Below, one piece after another: positions 27,249 through 41,070 of a DNA stretch of 64,000 nt (the first letter of the stretch is position 1; each line of letters begins with the position of its first letter). Location: contig JARFYF010000056.1 of assembly GCA_030265395.1 (NCBI GenBank), positions 19,461,595 through 19,525,594 of the forward strand, in the 5' to 3' direction. Position numbers and translations under genes: made by a program. The notes beneath the pieces were generated by a model that had not been told where the DNA came from, did not search any database, and saw only the letters and a program-made list of their open reading frames with translations. This DNA comes from Rhina ancylostomus (Eukaryota).

Positions 27249-28899
27249 TTAACCAAACAGAAGTAAGATTTTATTTAAAGCAACTTTAAATCAATACCAT
27301 GTGAAACTGTAATTGCTGGTAAAGTGTACGAGTACTATGGCAACATATGCCCAACATGCACTCATTTCCCAGCCACAATAAGGCAACAATTTGAAACATG
27401 TCATCCCAAAAATAAATCATTAGTTCTTTCTTCAAAGTTTTTGTAATAAATGTAGTCAATTATCTCCATTGTGATTTCTTTTAAAATACCCTAGCTGCTG
27501 AATCAGTTCAGATTTAAGGGCCCTGCTGTGAAGTTTCTGTTCAACATCCATCTTAGCTAACAGTCAACAGCACCAATTGTCAACCTTGTGTTAAGAGACA
27601 ATGTCTGCTCTACCGTCCAGATTTGGGATTACACGTACCAACTTTGTAAACTTCTGATAAGTTCAAGAAGAGACACTTTTTCTGGTTTATAAAGATCAGG
27701 GCAGAGGGTGGAAAGTTATTTTCCATACTGTACATGACTGTAAGATCAACTTGATTGTTATCATCTCCCTCACTCAGAGAAAATGGATCTCTCACTGGTG
27801 GTCATTTGGTCCACCATCCCATTCAGACCAGAGAAGTGCTACTAAGACTAGTTGTATCTGCCACCTCTCGGTCTGCAGTCCAACATTAAGTGCTTGTCCA
27901 GGTACTTGTAGGATGTGAGCCATCATTACTCTCCTCCAATTGCCCTTGAAAAGTTGTGATGACTTTTTGAACTGCTTTATTTGTTCTGGTGAAGAAACAA
28001 TCATTGCTCTTAGATCGGGACTCCCAGGATTTAGTGATAGTGAGGGAAGAGTCAGATATTCCCAAATCAGAATGTTGTAAGAGTTCAAGGGAACCCTACA
28101 GTTGGTAGTGTCCCCATTTGTTGGCTGCCAGTGCTGCCTTGATGGTAAAATCTGCAAGTTAGGGACACTTCTGGAGTAATCAATGCAAAAATCCACAGTG
28201 CCCTTTGTAGAAAGTACACAATGTGAGTGGTGGAAAGGATGATTAAATAGATTGGCCAATGAGGTGCCATGACCATTGCTTTGTGATGATTAATGATAAG
28301 CTTGAGCTCTGTTACAGCTGCACCCAAGTCAAATGGAGAGTACAAGCCATCCCCTACATACAAAATACTATTAAACTCAGAAGTCCGATATATGTACATA
28401 TGTTTGATCCTAAGGAAGGCAGACCTAGTTACTTTTAGTAATTGTTTTCACGTATCAGTCTTAATGTGCTTTTGATGCCATCCATTATAATGAGGCGTGG
28501 TTACCACTTGAGTAATTTTTCTGTACTTTCTGACTTACAGACAAAATCTACTTATGAACACCAGCAAAAACAGAACCTGTTCATTACCCAGGGAAGGTCT
28601 GTATTCCCTTACACTACCTCCTGTCTTGTAAATGGTTGGAAATGCCTGGAATTTCAGAGTCACTTGTTGCCGTATTCTCAGCTTCCAAACAACTCTTTTG
28701 GCATATTAACCAGTCTGGTTAAGATCCTGATCACCGGTGACTACCAGGATTGTGAGTGTGAGTGAGCCAGAAGCTGGTGCTTAATAGGGTCTACAGATCA
28801 TTGCCGAGCAGAACTTACCTAGGTCATTTTGCATATTGTCCAGTAAATATGATGATGGCTTCTGCCTGAAATACACTCCTTCAACTCCTTGCTAATACA

Positions 28900-29900
28900 A
28901 TTCTTACATCTATTCCCTTAATTATTGCCCTTTCTGCTTAGAGCAACAAACTTTTCCTTTTTACAACCCAGTATCTCACTATTGGTTAAATCTCTCTTCA
29001 GCCTTCTCTGCTCTCCAGAAAACAACATTAGCCTAATTAATCTTTCCTCAGAACCAAATTTCACTATCCTAGGCAATGTCTCTTAAATCACCCAGAATGA
29101 CCTTCTTGTAATGTTGTCAGAACTGTATGTGGAAATCTAGCTGTGGCCTAATATTTTCATACATTCCATCATGGCCTCCTTTCATACGTGCTCATGGCTT
29201 GATTAATGAATTATCCCACGTGCTTTCTTAACCATCATCCATCTACCTGCCCTGTCATTTTCTGGGATCTGTCCACATGCACTCCAAGATCTCCTGCCTC
29301 CCTTGCATGCATCTTACTGTTCGCTCTCTCCAAACAGATTACCTTACATTGAATTCCATTTTCATTTTTCTGCCGAGATGATTAATTCACTATTATATTG
29401 TCAAAATCAACAGATTTCTTTCCTATTAACAATGCTGTGGACAATTTTTGTATCCTCTGCAAGCATTGTAATTATGCCCCGACCTTTAACTCTAAGTCAT
29501 CAATACATGCAAAGCGGACCTACAGCACAGAACCCTACCACAGTCTCCCTGTCAAAAAAACATAATTTTGCATTCTATCAATGAGCCAGTTATGAATCCA
29601 ACTTGCCACTTCACTTGGATCCCATGAGATTTTAATTATCTGATCAGCCTGCTTGGTGAACGCCTGGCTGAAATCTATGCATGTTATATCCAATGCATTC
29701 GTTATCTGCACAGAACTTCCCTGCAACTGCTCAAAATTTTCAGTTGTTAATCAGACACAACCTTACTTAAATTCATGTTAACTATCTTTGATTAGTCTTT
29801 CCCTAAATTATTTAAATTGTTCCTCTGAATATTTTCTAATAACTTGTTCAGCACTGATTGTAGGCTGAATGCCCTGTAATTACAAGGAACATCCTGAGCT
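28900..29900 (-). mobile_element. Decayed CR1 LINE
   Basis: Minus-strand DITCIDFSQAF...SWIHNWL RT remnant. Confidence 0.65.
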
Positions 29901-30391
29901 TCCTCTATAAACAACAGAACTGCATTAGGCATCTTCTAACATGTCTGTAGCCAGAAGGGATTGCTTCTCTTAACAGCTGTGGACACATTTCATTTGAGCC
30001 TCCCTTATCTCTGTCCTTTTAACTATTTTCTCATACCCTTCCTTCTACTGAGGCTCCATCTGCAATGCATTAATTCAGATAACTGCATCCATGAAATTAC
30101 AAATTTGTGCTGCTGCCCACTCAAATACCACCATAATTCCACCTCGTGGCACATCTTCTGGCAAATGAAGCATTTACTTCATTCTCCTAGTTCAATCCCA
30201 TTTGAGTCTTTCAATGTTTATCTCCACCACCCCAACTGCTCATTTCCACAACTGACAAGTTAAAACTAGAACTGGTTTCCTAAGAAGAGGGGTATACTTC
30301 NNNNNNNNNNGTAAAATGGAAGCAGCTTTGCAATGAATGATAAAAAGGGACCTCACCCACATAGAATGGGAGGGCATTTTCTACCTGTATT

Positions 30392-30680
30392 TAGCGTAGG
30401 GGTTAGCATAATGCTTTACAGCACCAGCAACCCGGGTTCAAATCCGGCCACTGTCTGAAAGGAGTTTGCATGTTCTCCCCGTGCTTGTGTGGGTTTCGTC
30501 CGGGTGCTCCGGTTTCCTCCCACATTCCAAAGGCATATGGGTTAGGAAGTTGTGGGCGTGCTATGTTGGTGCCGGAAGCATGGCGACACTTGCGGGCTGC
30601 CCCCACAACACTCTACGCAAAAGATGCATTTCACTGTGTGTTTTGATGTACGTGTGACTAATAAAGGTATCTTATCTTAT
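30392..30680 (+). mobile_element. Relatively young V-SINE
   Basis: tRNA-like head with B box GGTTCAAATCC, GGAGTTTGCATGTTCTCCCCGTG core, and AATAAAGGTATCTTATCTTAT tail. Confidence 0.85.
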
Positions 30681-31420
30681 ATAAAGGTAACTTTTCCTGA
30701 CAAGAAGTAGTAGCACTGTAATACTGTTTATACCTTTCAGACATTTATTCATCCTATTCCCTGACATTTTAATAGAGATGAAACATCTTAACACCATGCA
30801 AATAGGTTCTCAAAAGCCTATTTTGAAACAAAACCTGCTGAAAAGTTGCACTCTGGTTTGTAGGCACAACCTCAATTCAAAGAAAGCAAAATTACTGCAG
30901 GCAGCAATTGTCAAAGAGCTACTGAGCGTTCATGGCATTTCTTTTAAAAATTCAACATAATACTTTATAAAAGGATTCTTTAATTTGTCAGACACAACTT
31001 GCTTTGCATATGCTCACTTTCCTGGATTACTACAAGTTTTTACAAAGTGAATTTTAAACTCTTTCCCTTTTTCTGGTTTCTAGAAGCTTTCCTGATGTGG
31101 CTGATAAACTGACTGCTCTGGTTTCTCCCTTTTTGAGCAGAGATGTCACTTAAACAATCCCTTAGTACTCTGGCAAAACATCTATATTTAAAAACTTTTA
31201 AAAGATGATGATTAGAGACTTTGCCTCTCTGACATCTCTCAGATCCAAGTATGTAGCCACCAGGATTCAGAGACCTTTTCACGCGGAATTCTACCAAAAC
31301 AGGGACAGGACACATGTAAAGCATGCAAGCAGATGCACACATTTGGGTCCTTCAATACCCTCCCTCAGCCCCAGAGGCAAGAGTGCCACGTCTATGAACT
31401 CACTCACACATTTCACTTGC

Positions 31421-31498
31421 CTTATTTTGATTGGAGGAGGAAGGCGCTGACTGTGTTTTTGCGCATTCTGTCTCAGATTTTTTGTCTTCAGTCGCCAT
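31421..31498 (-). CDS. WDR5: WDR5 first coding exon (exon extends to 31562 as 5' UTR)
   Basis: MATEDKKSETECAKTQSAPSSSNQNK; acceptor TTTAGCAG at 31563; donor is AAG|GCAAGT (GC-AG intron). Confidence 0.92.
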
Positions 31499-31909
31499 CC
31501 TTGCTGGCTATATAAACGCAGCAGAAATTTTGATGAAGAAGGGTGTAGCTTGTGCCCGAACCCTGCTAAATACAACCACCTGACCTGGATACAGGCAGTG
31601 TGAGCAGTGTCTACAAAAAAAAAAATCAGAAGCACAGTAAAAATTCATGAGTATCACAATAAATCATAATAACATTTCAGAGATGGAAGATGTAATCATA
31701 CAATAAATCTCTTAAGCACTGATTTGGGAAGAGTTTCCAATCAACACCATTAAAAAGCCATTAACTTTTGACTCTGCAAAAGGCTTATAGTGGAAAAAAC
31801 AGCTGCTGTCAAAAGGCACAAGTACGCTGGTTCCCAATGTGGGAAAAGTGAAGGAGAGTCAGAGACAAGCAGGTGTAAGACAGGACAGCGTGGGGCAGGT
31901 TTGGGGTAG

Positions 31910-32750
31910 TAAAGCCACGGATGTACAAAGCTGCCCCTGGTCAGTGAATAGCCAATGATACAAGAATAGGTTGGAGGATATTAGGAATCTCTAGCTGATT
32001 ATAGATAGCTTGAGTGAGTGAATGTTTGGCAAAAGGAATTTCATGTGGGAAATTGTGAGGTTATGCACTTTGGTAAGAATTCAAAGACAGACATCATCTA
32101 ATGGATAAAGATTACGGATGAGTGAAATACAATGGGATCCAAATATTCTCGTGCATGAATTTCAAAATGTATGCAGGAAAATGGCATATTGGTCTTTATG
32201 ACAGAGGGTTGGAGTTTAGAAATAGGGAGGTATTGTTACAGGGTACAGGCCACACCTGGAGTATCATAGAGAGTTTTGGTCCCCTAATTTAAGAAGGGAT
32301 ATATTGGCATTGGAGGCAATCTAGAAGAAATTCACCAGGCTGAAATGGAGGGTTGTCTTATCATGAGTGGCAAAAGAAGTTAGATCTGTATTCTTTGAAT
32401 TCCAGAAGAATAAGGGGTGATTGGGGGGGGGGGGGTGCGGGCAGTCATAATAATTATAAGATTAGAAAGCTGTTTTAAAACTGTGGTGCACCGGAACTTC
32501 TTCACACATTGATAAGTCTCTTGAATTATCTACCCTGAAGGAGGGTCATGGAGTCGATATCCCTGGGGGTACTTAAAGAGGAGGCAAATACATTTTTGAA
32601 AGATCAGGGAGTTGAGGACTATGGGGAACTGGCACAGAAGAGAAGTGAGGGCTGGGCTAGATCAGAGATGATCATATTAAGAGAAGGGATGGGTCTGAGG
32701 TACCGAGTGGCCAGCTGCTGCTCCTATTTCCTTACATTCCCACGTTCTTA
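31910..32750 (+). mobile_element. CR1 LINE 3' region
   Basis: TGTGAGGTTATGCACTTTGG and CCACACCTGGAGTA segments plus a CTCCTATTTCCTTA tail. Confidence 0.7.
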
Positions 32751-34724
32751 TTGGAGACACTGCACTGTGTGATGATGGTGCTAGGGCAGAGTACAGTGGT
32801 TTGAACATTGGATGCTAGAAATTTAATATCACATCCAGGTGAAAGATATGAATGGTTTGGTTCATATCACAAGGGGATGTCTCTGTGATCAGCAAAGCAG
32901 CAGCAGTCCTGCCCAAAATATACTGGCATTTTGCTTAGCTTTTTGCCAGTTACACTGTATGTCAATGCAGGTTGTAACACATGAATGGACAGGCTGTGTT
33001 GGTCATCCTCAGTACTCATCTATAATTGTCTTCTTAAGATTTTGTTCCACCTGTTGCCAATATGATCATTTAATTCAAGCATGATTTTTACCCTCAGTGT
33101 ACAGTCAATGTACTACAATGAACCACGGCTCAATCTCTGACCAGTCAGGCATTTTGGGAAGGAAGCAGACTGCAGCAGGGGAGCTTTTTTTTTGCACCAG
33201 TTATCCTCAAAGATTTTGCAAACCTGCACATGGAACATAGATATACAGTTAGAAAGGATATTTACAATTAACTTGAACCTAATAAAATGCATTGAAGTCA
33301 AAGTGAAAAGGTCTCTGAATTCTAATCGCTTATCCTGGAACCCTGTGAGAAGTCAGGGGTGGTGGTAGGTGGGGAAAAATAATTTTCAAACATTGTTGGA
33401 TATGGATGTTGTGACAGGACTGATACCTCTGCTCAAATAAAAAAAGATATCAAGCTGTTATTGATAGTATGGAAAGTTCCACTGTCCAACAGGCAAGCCA
33501 TTTCAGACAAATACAAGAGTCTTCCAGAAAGCAGCAGATCAGATTTATAAAGGAAATGCTAATTCTATTGCTTATATTTTTCCAAAGTGCATTTAAGAAT
33601 TTATTTCTTAGGTGGTTTGATGGTAAAATGAAGACATTTTATTAGAGGTCATTAGTGTGGGTAAGAAGCTGTTTAATGAAAAAATAATGACTTCGTGGAT
33701 TTTTTGTGCAAAGAATCGAGTCTTCTTCATGTCAACTGGCCACTGCAAAGTTTACAAATAACACAATAGGGAAAGTGCCTAACTGAAAAGAACTGCAAGT
33801 ACTTTTGGCTGGGTTGGAGGGAGAAGGATGGGGGGGGGGGGGGTGGGGGTTAGTTTAATAAATCAAAAAGCCTAATCCTGCAGGTGTTAAAAGCTTGTAA
33901 TTTAAATAAAGTAGCTCTTCTAAAACTGAACAAGTCAGGGAATATCTATGGAAAAAGGAAATCGATGTTTGCACTTCAGGTCCTTTCCTACAGTCGGAAT
34001 TGGCAACTTCATTTTAAGTGAAAAAAACGATAAGCAAGTATGCAATAAAGCATATTGCAAGGCGACACAGTTTGGAAGGAAGAATAGGAGAGGAAATGCA
34101 CATGGATAAAAATTCAACAGAAGGAGAAAAGTAGAGTCAGAAGGGCTCAAATGCACAAATATATAGACTGTAAATAAATCACAAAAAACTCCAGGTTTTA
34201 TTAATAAATGGGTGTTTTACAGGGGAAGTGTTAAAACTGTGCAAAAGATTGCTCTCATCCCAGACAGCATACTGTGTTCAGTTTTCTGCCATCCATTTTA
34301 AGAGGAATGTCATAGACAAAAACAAATTCCAGAATTCCAGGACCCCAGAGGGAAGAGGCTTTAGCATCAGCAGAAATCAGAAACTGAGACAATTAGGCTG
34401 AGAAGAGGTCTCAGAGATATTTAAAAATCTTATGGGTTTCACCATGATAAAAAAAAATAGTTGTCATTGAGTCAATAATCAGCAAGCAAATTCAAGATCA
34501 TCACCAAAATAATGGGGAAGTTTGGGAGATTTGTTTATTTATATATACAGATTGCTGTTAGGACAGAGCATCAGGAATTGGAAGCAGTTACAAGAAATTT
34601 TAAAATGGAAGTGACTAAATAAACATATATTTAACAAAGTCTGGGCAAAGGGAAGAATTAGCAGTGAGCGGAATGGCCTCCTTCCATACTGCACAGTTTC
34701 ATAACGCAGTCCTACCTTTGCAGC

Positions 34725-35680
34725 AACATAATTAACTGAAGCAGGAGCAGGTCACAATGCCCCATGCCCCCACTTTATCATTTAGTAAGATCATGGCTGA
34801 TTCTGTACATCATACACTTTCCTATCCAAACCCAATATTCCTCAAATTTTCCTTTACATCAAAATATCAGCCAGTCTTGATAGTAAATATATTCAATTAC
34901 TTGGCATCCTCAGCCTCTAAGATTGAAAATTCCAAGGTCTGCACACTTCTAAGTGAAGAAATTTCTCATCTCAAAAGCCAATTCCTTATTCTAAAACCAT
35001 GCTCCTGATCCTAAACTGTCCAGCCTGAGGAAGCAGCTTCTCTGCATCAACCCTGTCAATCTGCAGAATTTTATATGCTTGTGGGATCTGCTCTCATTTT
35101 CAAGTGAGTAAAGGTGAATTTTATTGTTTCTCAAGAGATAAACTGCCCATTCCAGGAATTAATCCAATGATTCCAAATTGGACCATCTACATGTCTTTCT
35201 TTAGGTAAGGAGACTACAACCAGAGTCAGTACTTCAGCTGCAGTCTTAATATGTTGCAAGAATTCCTCACTTCTGTACTTCACCCCAAAGTTCACCCTAC
35301 ACCCCCACATCACCATTTCCAACTGCTTGTTTGTTACATTTCCGCAGTTCAAGACCAGCCCACCGATCCTTTTTTTTTGCTTAGTTTCTTACCATTTTAA
35401 ACAGATTTTTCTGTTATTGTTACCAAGGTGATAACCTCACATTTTTCCACATTATGCTTGATCTGTCATATCCTTGTACTTTCACTAAAATCTATATCCC
35501 TTTGCACTCATTGCATACACCTTGCAGCTCAATTAGCTGTAAAAGCAAAGCAACAGATCTCTCTCAAAAATAGATTGCAAATACTGAGTGCCAAGTACTG
35601 ATCCCTGTGGTACCCCACTAGTTGTAGCCTGCCAACATAAAAACAGCCCATTCATTCTAATGGTTTTCTATTCTTTAACC
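34725..35680 (-). mobile_element. CR1 LINE 3' region
   Basis: Minus-strand VPQGSVLG remnant (CCAAGTACTGATCCCTGTGGTACCCC on plus) and a typical 3' end. Confidence 0.65.
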
Positions 35681-35689
35681 AATGACTCC

Positions 35690-36780
35690 ACCTATCACAT
35701 GCTAAGCTCTTGCTCCACTCCTTCCGTCCATCTTTTTATATTGGCCATCTCCCATCTATCTTTCACTTCAGATGAAGGGTCTCAACCTGAAACATTGACT
35801 GCCCATTTCCCTCCACAGATGCTGCCTGACCCATTGAGTTCTTCCAGCATTCTGTTTGTTGTCCAATTCATTATATTGCCCCAATCCCTTGATTTTATGG
35901 AACAACCTTTTGAATTTCAGGTCTGAAATATTTACTACTTGTGCTGGTGATGAAAATGGCAACATGAGTGAAGTACTGGAAATCATTGTGGAATCAAACT
36001 GGGAGAATAATTGGGAGAAAGAATACAGAATACTCCTCCACAGGAATCATATGATAATTTTTAAGCTCGAAACTATAAAACATCTGATATGTCTGCTTAT
36101 CATTTCTGCTGCCTCTCAGTCTGTGATAGTGCTTCCAAAATACCATATTAGACCCCACTTCCACCTATCAGGGATGTTGACTGACAGCTGGCTAAAATTC
36201 GACAGATGCATACAGCTTTCTGCTGGCTCAACATTCCTTGTGTGAAAGTAGCTGACTGCCAGTGAGATGTGTAACAGAAACTGCATATGCTGGAATCTGG
36301 AGCAACAAACAGGATGCTGGAGGAACTCAGCGGGTCATGCAGCATCCGTGGAGGGAAATGGATAGTTGATGTTTCGGGTTGAGACCCTTGATTTGGACTG
36401 AAGGATGATAGGGAGATAGCCAGTATACAAATGTGAAGGGGAGAGGTGGAGCAAGAATAGCAAGCAATAGCCGGATTCAGGTGAGGAAGGAAGAGTGGAA
36501 ATAGTGACAAAAGTGGGAGGTGGTAGGCTGCAGCTGGTGGAATCTGATTGGAGAGGAAAGTGGACCATGGGACCAAATAAGGGAGGTGGGGTGGACAGAT
36601 GGTAACAGTAGGGGGAGAGGAACCAGTGGAAGGAATGTGTGGGTGATGGGCAGATGAAGTGACTGGAAAAGGAGAAAGAAAGTGTAGGAGGAACTGGGTT
36701 GATCAAGAGAGAAAAAAAGAGACAGTGGAGGAGCAGTTTACCTGAAATTGGAGAATTCAATATTCATGCCAATGGATGTT
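35690..36780. mobile_element. Two oppositely oriented Penelope-like terminal fragments (35690-35860 and 36270-36780)
   Basis: CAGATGAAGGGTCTCAACCTGAAACATTGACTG on plus and its reverse-complement homolog near 36360-36400. Confidence 0.65.
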
Positions 36781-37532
36781 ATAACCTGGCCCTGCCTCTG
36801 CAGAACACAAGGGATCACTGGGCAGTTACTGTGAACCTTAACATGTTCCTTCTCTCATCCCAGTCCTAATTTCAAATCCAAGGACACTGAAGCTAATTTA
36901 CTAGCCCTCCCCAGCACAGATCAGACATGGAGTTCAGATCCACGGGCAGTGACTCCAAGTGAGCCCAATAACTGTAAGAGAAATGAGTCCCGATGAAATG
37001 GAAGCCCGTGGAAGTCGCCTGACAGCGAAGGGGATGAAGAAGGAGATTCGGCGGGGGAGGGCGAACAATGGGAATGGTATACGCTCGGGGAAGGAGTTTA
37101 TCAAGGAATGGCACTGAAGATGTGGAGGGTGGGAAGAAGACGGAGACGTGGAGTTTGGGGTCGGGTAAGTAGGAAGGCTTCCTGGGGATATGGGGTGGGG
37201 ANNNNNNNNNNNNNNNNNNNNNNNNNNNNNNNNNNNNNNNNNNNNNNNNNNNNNNNNNNNNNNNNNNNNNNNNNNNNNNNNNNNNNNNNNNNNNNNNNNN
37301 NNNNNNNNNNNNNNNNNNNNNNNNNNNNNNNNNNNNNNNNNNNNNNNNNNNNNNNNNNNNNNNNNNNNNNNNNNNNNNNNNNNNNNNNNNNNNNNNNNNN
37401 NNNNNNNNNNNNNNNNNNNNNNNNNNNNNNNNNNNNNNNNNNNNNNNNNNNNNNNNNNNNNNNNNNNNNNNNNNNNNNNNNNNNNNNNNNNNNNNNNNNN
37501 NNNNNNNNNNNNNNNNNNNNNNNNNNNNNNNC

Positions 37533-37740
37533 TGCACCGCCGCTCCTGCTACTCGATGTGGCGGGAGGGCCCAGTGCGCCTGCGCCGCGCCAAACCCGGG
37601 GCTCCGGCCAACACCGAGGAGCTGCGGTGGACAAGAGGAGTCCAGGGTGGGTGGACTCCCGCTCTGTCGCCCCTAGCGCCTGAGGGCACCGAGCTGATTC
37701 GGGGACAGATTCGGAGTGAGTGCCAGAGAGGGCGTAGAAA
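37533..37740 (-). promoter_or_regulatory. WDR5: WDR5 CpG-island promoter / non-coding exon 1 (mostly in the adjacent gap)
   Basis: GC/CpG-rich segment with an NRF1-like TGCGCCTGCGC at 37575-37585, about 6 kb upstream of the first coding exon. Confidence 0.65.
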
Positions 37741-39519
37741 GAAAGCACATTCCTTAGTAGACTTCGAAAGGGTACTTGAAAAAGTATAAAATACAGGGCT
37801 ATGTGGAATGAGCAGGACGTAAAAGATACTTCCAACAAAGAGCTGGCCTGGGCATAATGGGCTGAATGGCTTCCTTTTACATTGTATGATCCCACGAATG
37901 GTGATGTACCTGCTACTGTATAAAGGTAGCAACAGCAGAGGTTCAAATTGATTTAGTGGGGTCCAGATACACAGCTGGCTAAGATATAATTGTCAGAGGC
38001 AAAAGCAAAGAGAAAATCTCAAAACATTAGCCTTCATAACTGAAAGCTGGACTATAAAGTGGAAGAAACTTTGCTCCAACTGCACAAAATCATGGAGCAC
38101 CTGAGATGTCTTCTGTTTCATCTGGAAATCCAAAAAGGATTGTGTTCAAAAGAATGTGATGTACCATTTGAATTCCTTCATTCTGATGGCCACCTTCTGT
38201 AGGTGCATCAAGCTGTGGATTGTGAAAACCTGAAATAATACAGAAAATGTGGATAATAATCATTATATGAAATTGTTGAATTCAGTGATGGGAAGTCCTA
38301 TTGAACGATGAGATGTATTTCTTCAAGCATGCCATGAGATTCTTTGGCTGAGTGTAGGAGGCTGAACAGAGGGAGTTTAGACTGGGAGTAGGATTTAGAA
38401 TTAAAGTGGCAGACAATCAGAAGATTGGGGTTAGTGTTTGCAATATCAAATGGAGGTGTTCTTCAAAGCTGTCACCCAATCTGTTTGGCTACCTCATTGT
38501 AGGAGAGATTTCAATGTGAGGAGCAAATTGAAGTGTTAGTAAATCATTGTTTCACCTGTAAAATGTATTTGGGGCCTCAAACTATGGGAAAGGAGAAGGT
38601 AAAATAACAGGTATTGCATCTCCTGCAGCCCCACAGAAAGGTGATGTGGAAAGGGTTGTGAGTGCTGGTGGTGTTCAGGAAGGGAATCAAACCATCCCGG
38701 AGTGAACAGTCCGCCCAGGAAGGATACATTAGCCCTGGAAGTTGTGTTGGTTAAATTTATCAGAATGCTGCCAGAGCTTCAGTTGCATCAGACTGACAGA
38801 TTTGCTGAGCTTTCCCAGCATTTCCCATCTATTTCAGATTTCCATGAATGGCTCTGCATCTCACAGTTCCAGCAGTTTTTTTTCTCTCTTCTGGTCTCCT
38901 CTTTAAATCTCCTTCATACACGAAACCAATAGCTGCAAGCTCAATGAATATCTTTAATTCAGGGATAGAGTCATAGACTGGAGAAAAAAGTATATGGAGA
39001 ATGGGTACATGGAATTAAGTCTCCAGTCAGCTAAGATCTTACTGAATGATCAAACAGATTTGACAGGCTGAATCTCTTACTCTAGTTCCCATGTTGCTAG
39101 GCTATATATTTTTTCATGTTTTCTGTTTAACTTAATTTTATAGAAAAGGATCAGGGTTGTGGAGAGGACACCTTCATGCTGGGGATCAGGTTCCAGAAAG
39201 AATTTTCACTGTTGAACTAAGAATTCTTGTGGCTCTAAGTTGCAGGAACACTTGACAAGCCTCTTCACATGGATGTACCCCCCACATGCTCTTCAACATA
39301 CTGTTTTGGAGGAGACTGGGCTGTGGCTCACGTGTGTTGATAGGGGCCTTCTAGTTCAGAGGGGCAGGGAACACAATGTTTATTGTACAGTAAGAGCCTG
39401 GTGGCTGATTGGACAGCACCAATGATGAGAGTTCATAGGCCTATGCTTTAATAAAGTTCTGAAGGTATTTCTTCAACTGCATTTTTGTTTTTCTGATTAC
39501 TTTTGAGTTTGCATCATGG

Positions 39520-39840
39520 GGACTCAAGAGATTCTGCAGTTGCTGGAATCTGGAGCAACACAAACATAATATAGGAGGAACTCAGCAAGTCAGGCAGCAT
39601 CTATGGAGGGAAATAAACAGTCAACATTTTGGTTTGAGACCCTTCATTAGGGCTGGTGAGGAAGAGGGCAGAAGCCAGAATAAGAAGGTTGGGGGCGGGG
39701 GAGAGCATAGGGTGGCAGATGATAGGTGAGTCCAGGTGAGAGGGGGGATGAAAAGGAGTAATTTAAGAAGCTGAGGTGATAGGTAGAAGAGACAAAGGGC
39801 TGAAGAAGAAGGAATCCAGTAGGAGAGGGCAGTAGACCTC
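39520..39840. mobile_element. Penelope-like terminal fragment
   Basis: GCTGGAATCTGGAGCAAC...GGAACTCAGCAAGTCAGGCAGCATCTATGGAGGG...GAGACCCTTCATTAG, the same family as 2805-3014. Confidence 0.7.
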
Positions 39841-40869
39841 AGAATGAATACGTTGTGAGAAAAAGGTGGTCCTGCTGAAGGAGTATTAGGAGTTAGAAGC
39901 TAAATTAAAATGGAAGGTCTCTGGATTATTACCCAAAATTCATGCAAATTAGAATGGAGACACCACATGTATGGATAGCATGATTATTGAAATATTCTTA
40001 ATTTCATTGAGCACCACTACCCCCAACTTTAACCAACTGCTTGGGGGAAAGGGGAAAAAGTTCCAGATTGCCACTATTCTTGTCTGAAGAAATAATTTTA
40101 AGATTTGTCCTGGACTCTCCTACCAGAAGACCTTGTTTCTCTCCATCTCATCCGCAAATCACCTTGAATATTTCTTTTAATCGTCCTTTAAACTTCTATC
40201 TGCTGTTCTTTTATTGCCATCAATTTTCACTGTTGCTAACTCGGTGAGTGGGCCTCTAATTACTGTCAGAGTTTGCAATTCATTGTTATTTCACCATGGA
40301 AAAGTTTGGAATGTACAATTTTAATTGCAGAGAGATTAAAGGAGTTAGATCTGGTCCAAACATGTGGAAGCTTCATGGTTAAAATCTTGCTTCTATTCAA
40401 AGGGATTGGAATTAAAAGTCTAGCTGGATCCCATCTGAAGTGGTGCATTCTGATTAGGAGGGAAAGAATTCACCAGATTGATGCCAAGCTTAAATTACAA
40501 AGAAAGGTGGGGACATGAGCTTTGTATTCCTTTCAAAAATATAGGGTTAAGGGGTGATCTCATTGAGATATTTAAAACAATTGAAGGACATGATAGGGTA
40601 GAAATAATTCTATTCTTTAGAGTGAGGTGCTTAAGAGAGCCATGTTAGAGATGAAATGTAGTCACATTTATAAGTCAGTGTTTTTTTTAAATGAAAATCC
40701 TACTTGTTCACACTTAGACAAATATGCAGACCCAACCAATAAATGCCTGATGATATCATTAGGCAATGGAACTGTCTTAGGGATTCTTGGGGACTGGTGG
40801 CAGTTCTAGAGCCTTTAACTTAGTGAACATTTTAATTAACTCAACTATATGAACTCATCGTTATTACAA

Positions 40870-41070
40870 TAAAAAATAGAAAATGCTGCAAACACTCAGT
40901 AGGTCAGATGGCATCTGTGAATAGAGAAACAGTAATGTTTCAGGATTGGGACCTTCATAAGAACTGGGAAAGAGAGAAAAACAAATTAGTTTTCAGTAGG
41001 AGAGAAAGTGTGTGGAAGAAGGATCGGAGTGGGTGGAACAAAGGGACTGTCTCTGAGAGGACGAGACCAT
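40870..41070. mobile_element. Penelope-like terminal fragment (older subfamily)
   Basis: AAAATGCTGCAAACACTCAGTAGGTCAG.TGGCATCTGTG...GACCTTCATAAGAACTGG. Confidence 0.55.

Noticed and set aside
36893-37946. Several long ORFs (190-280 aa)
   Set aside because: Inflated by the 330-nt N-gap and GC-rich promoter sequence; no recognisable protein.
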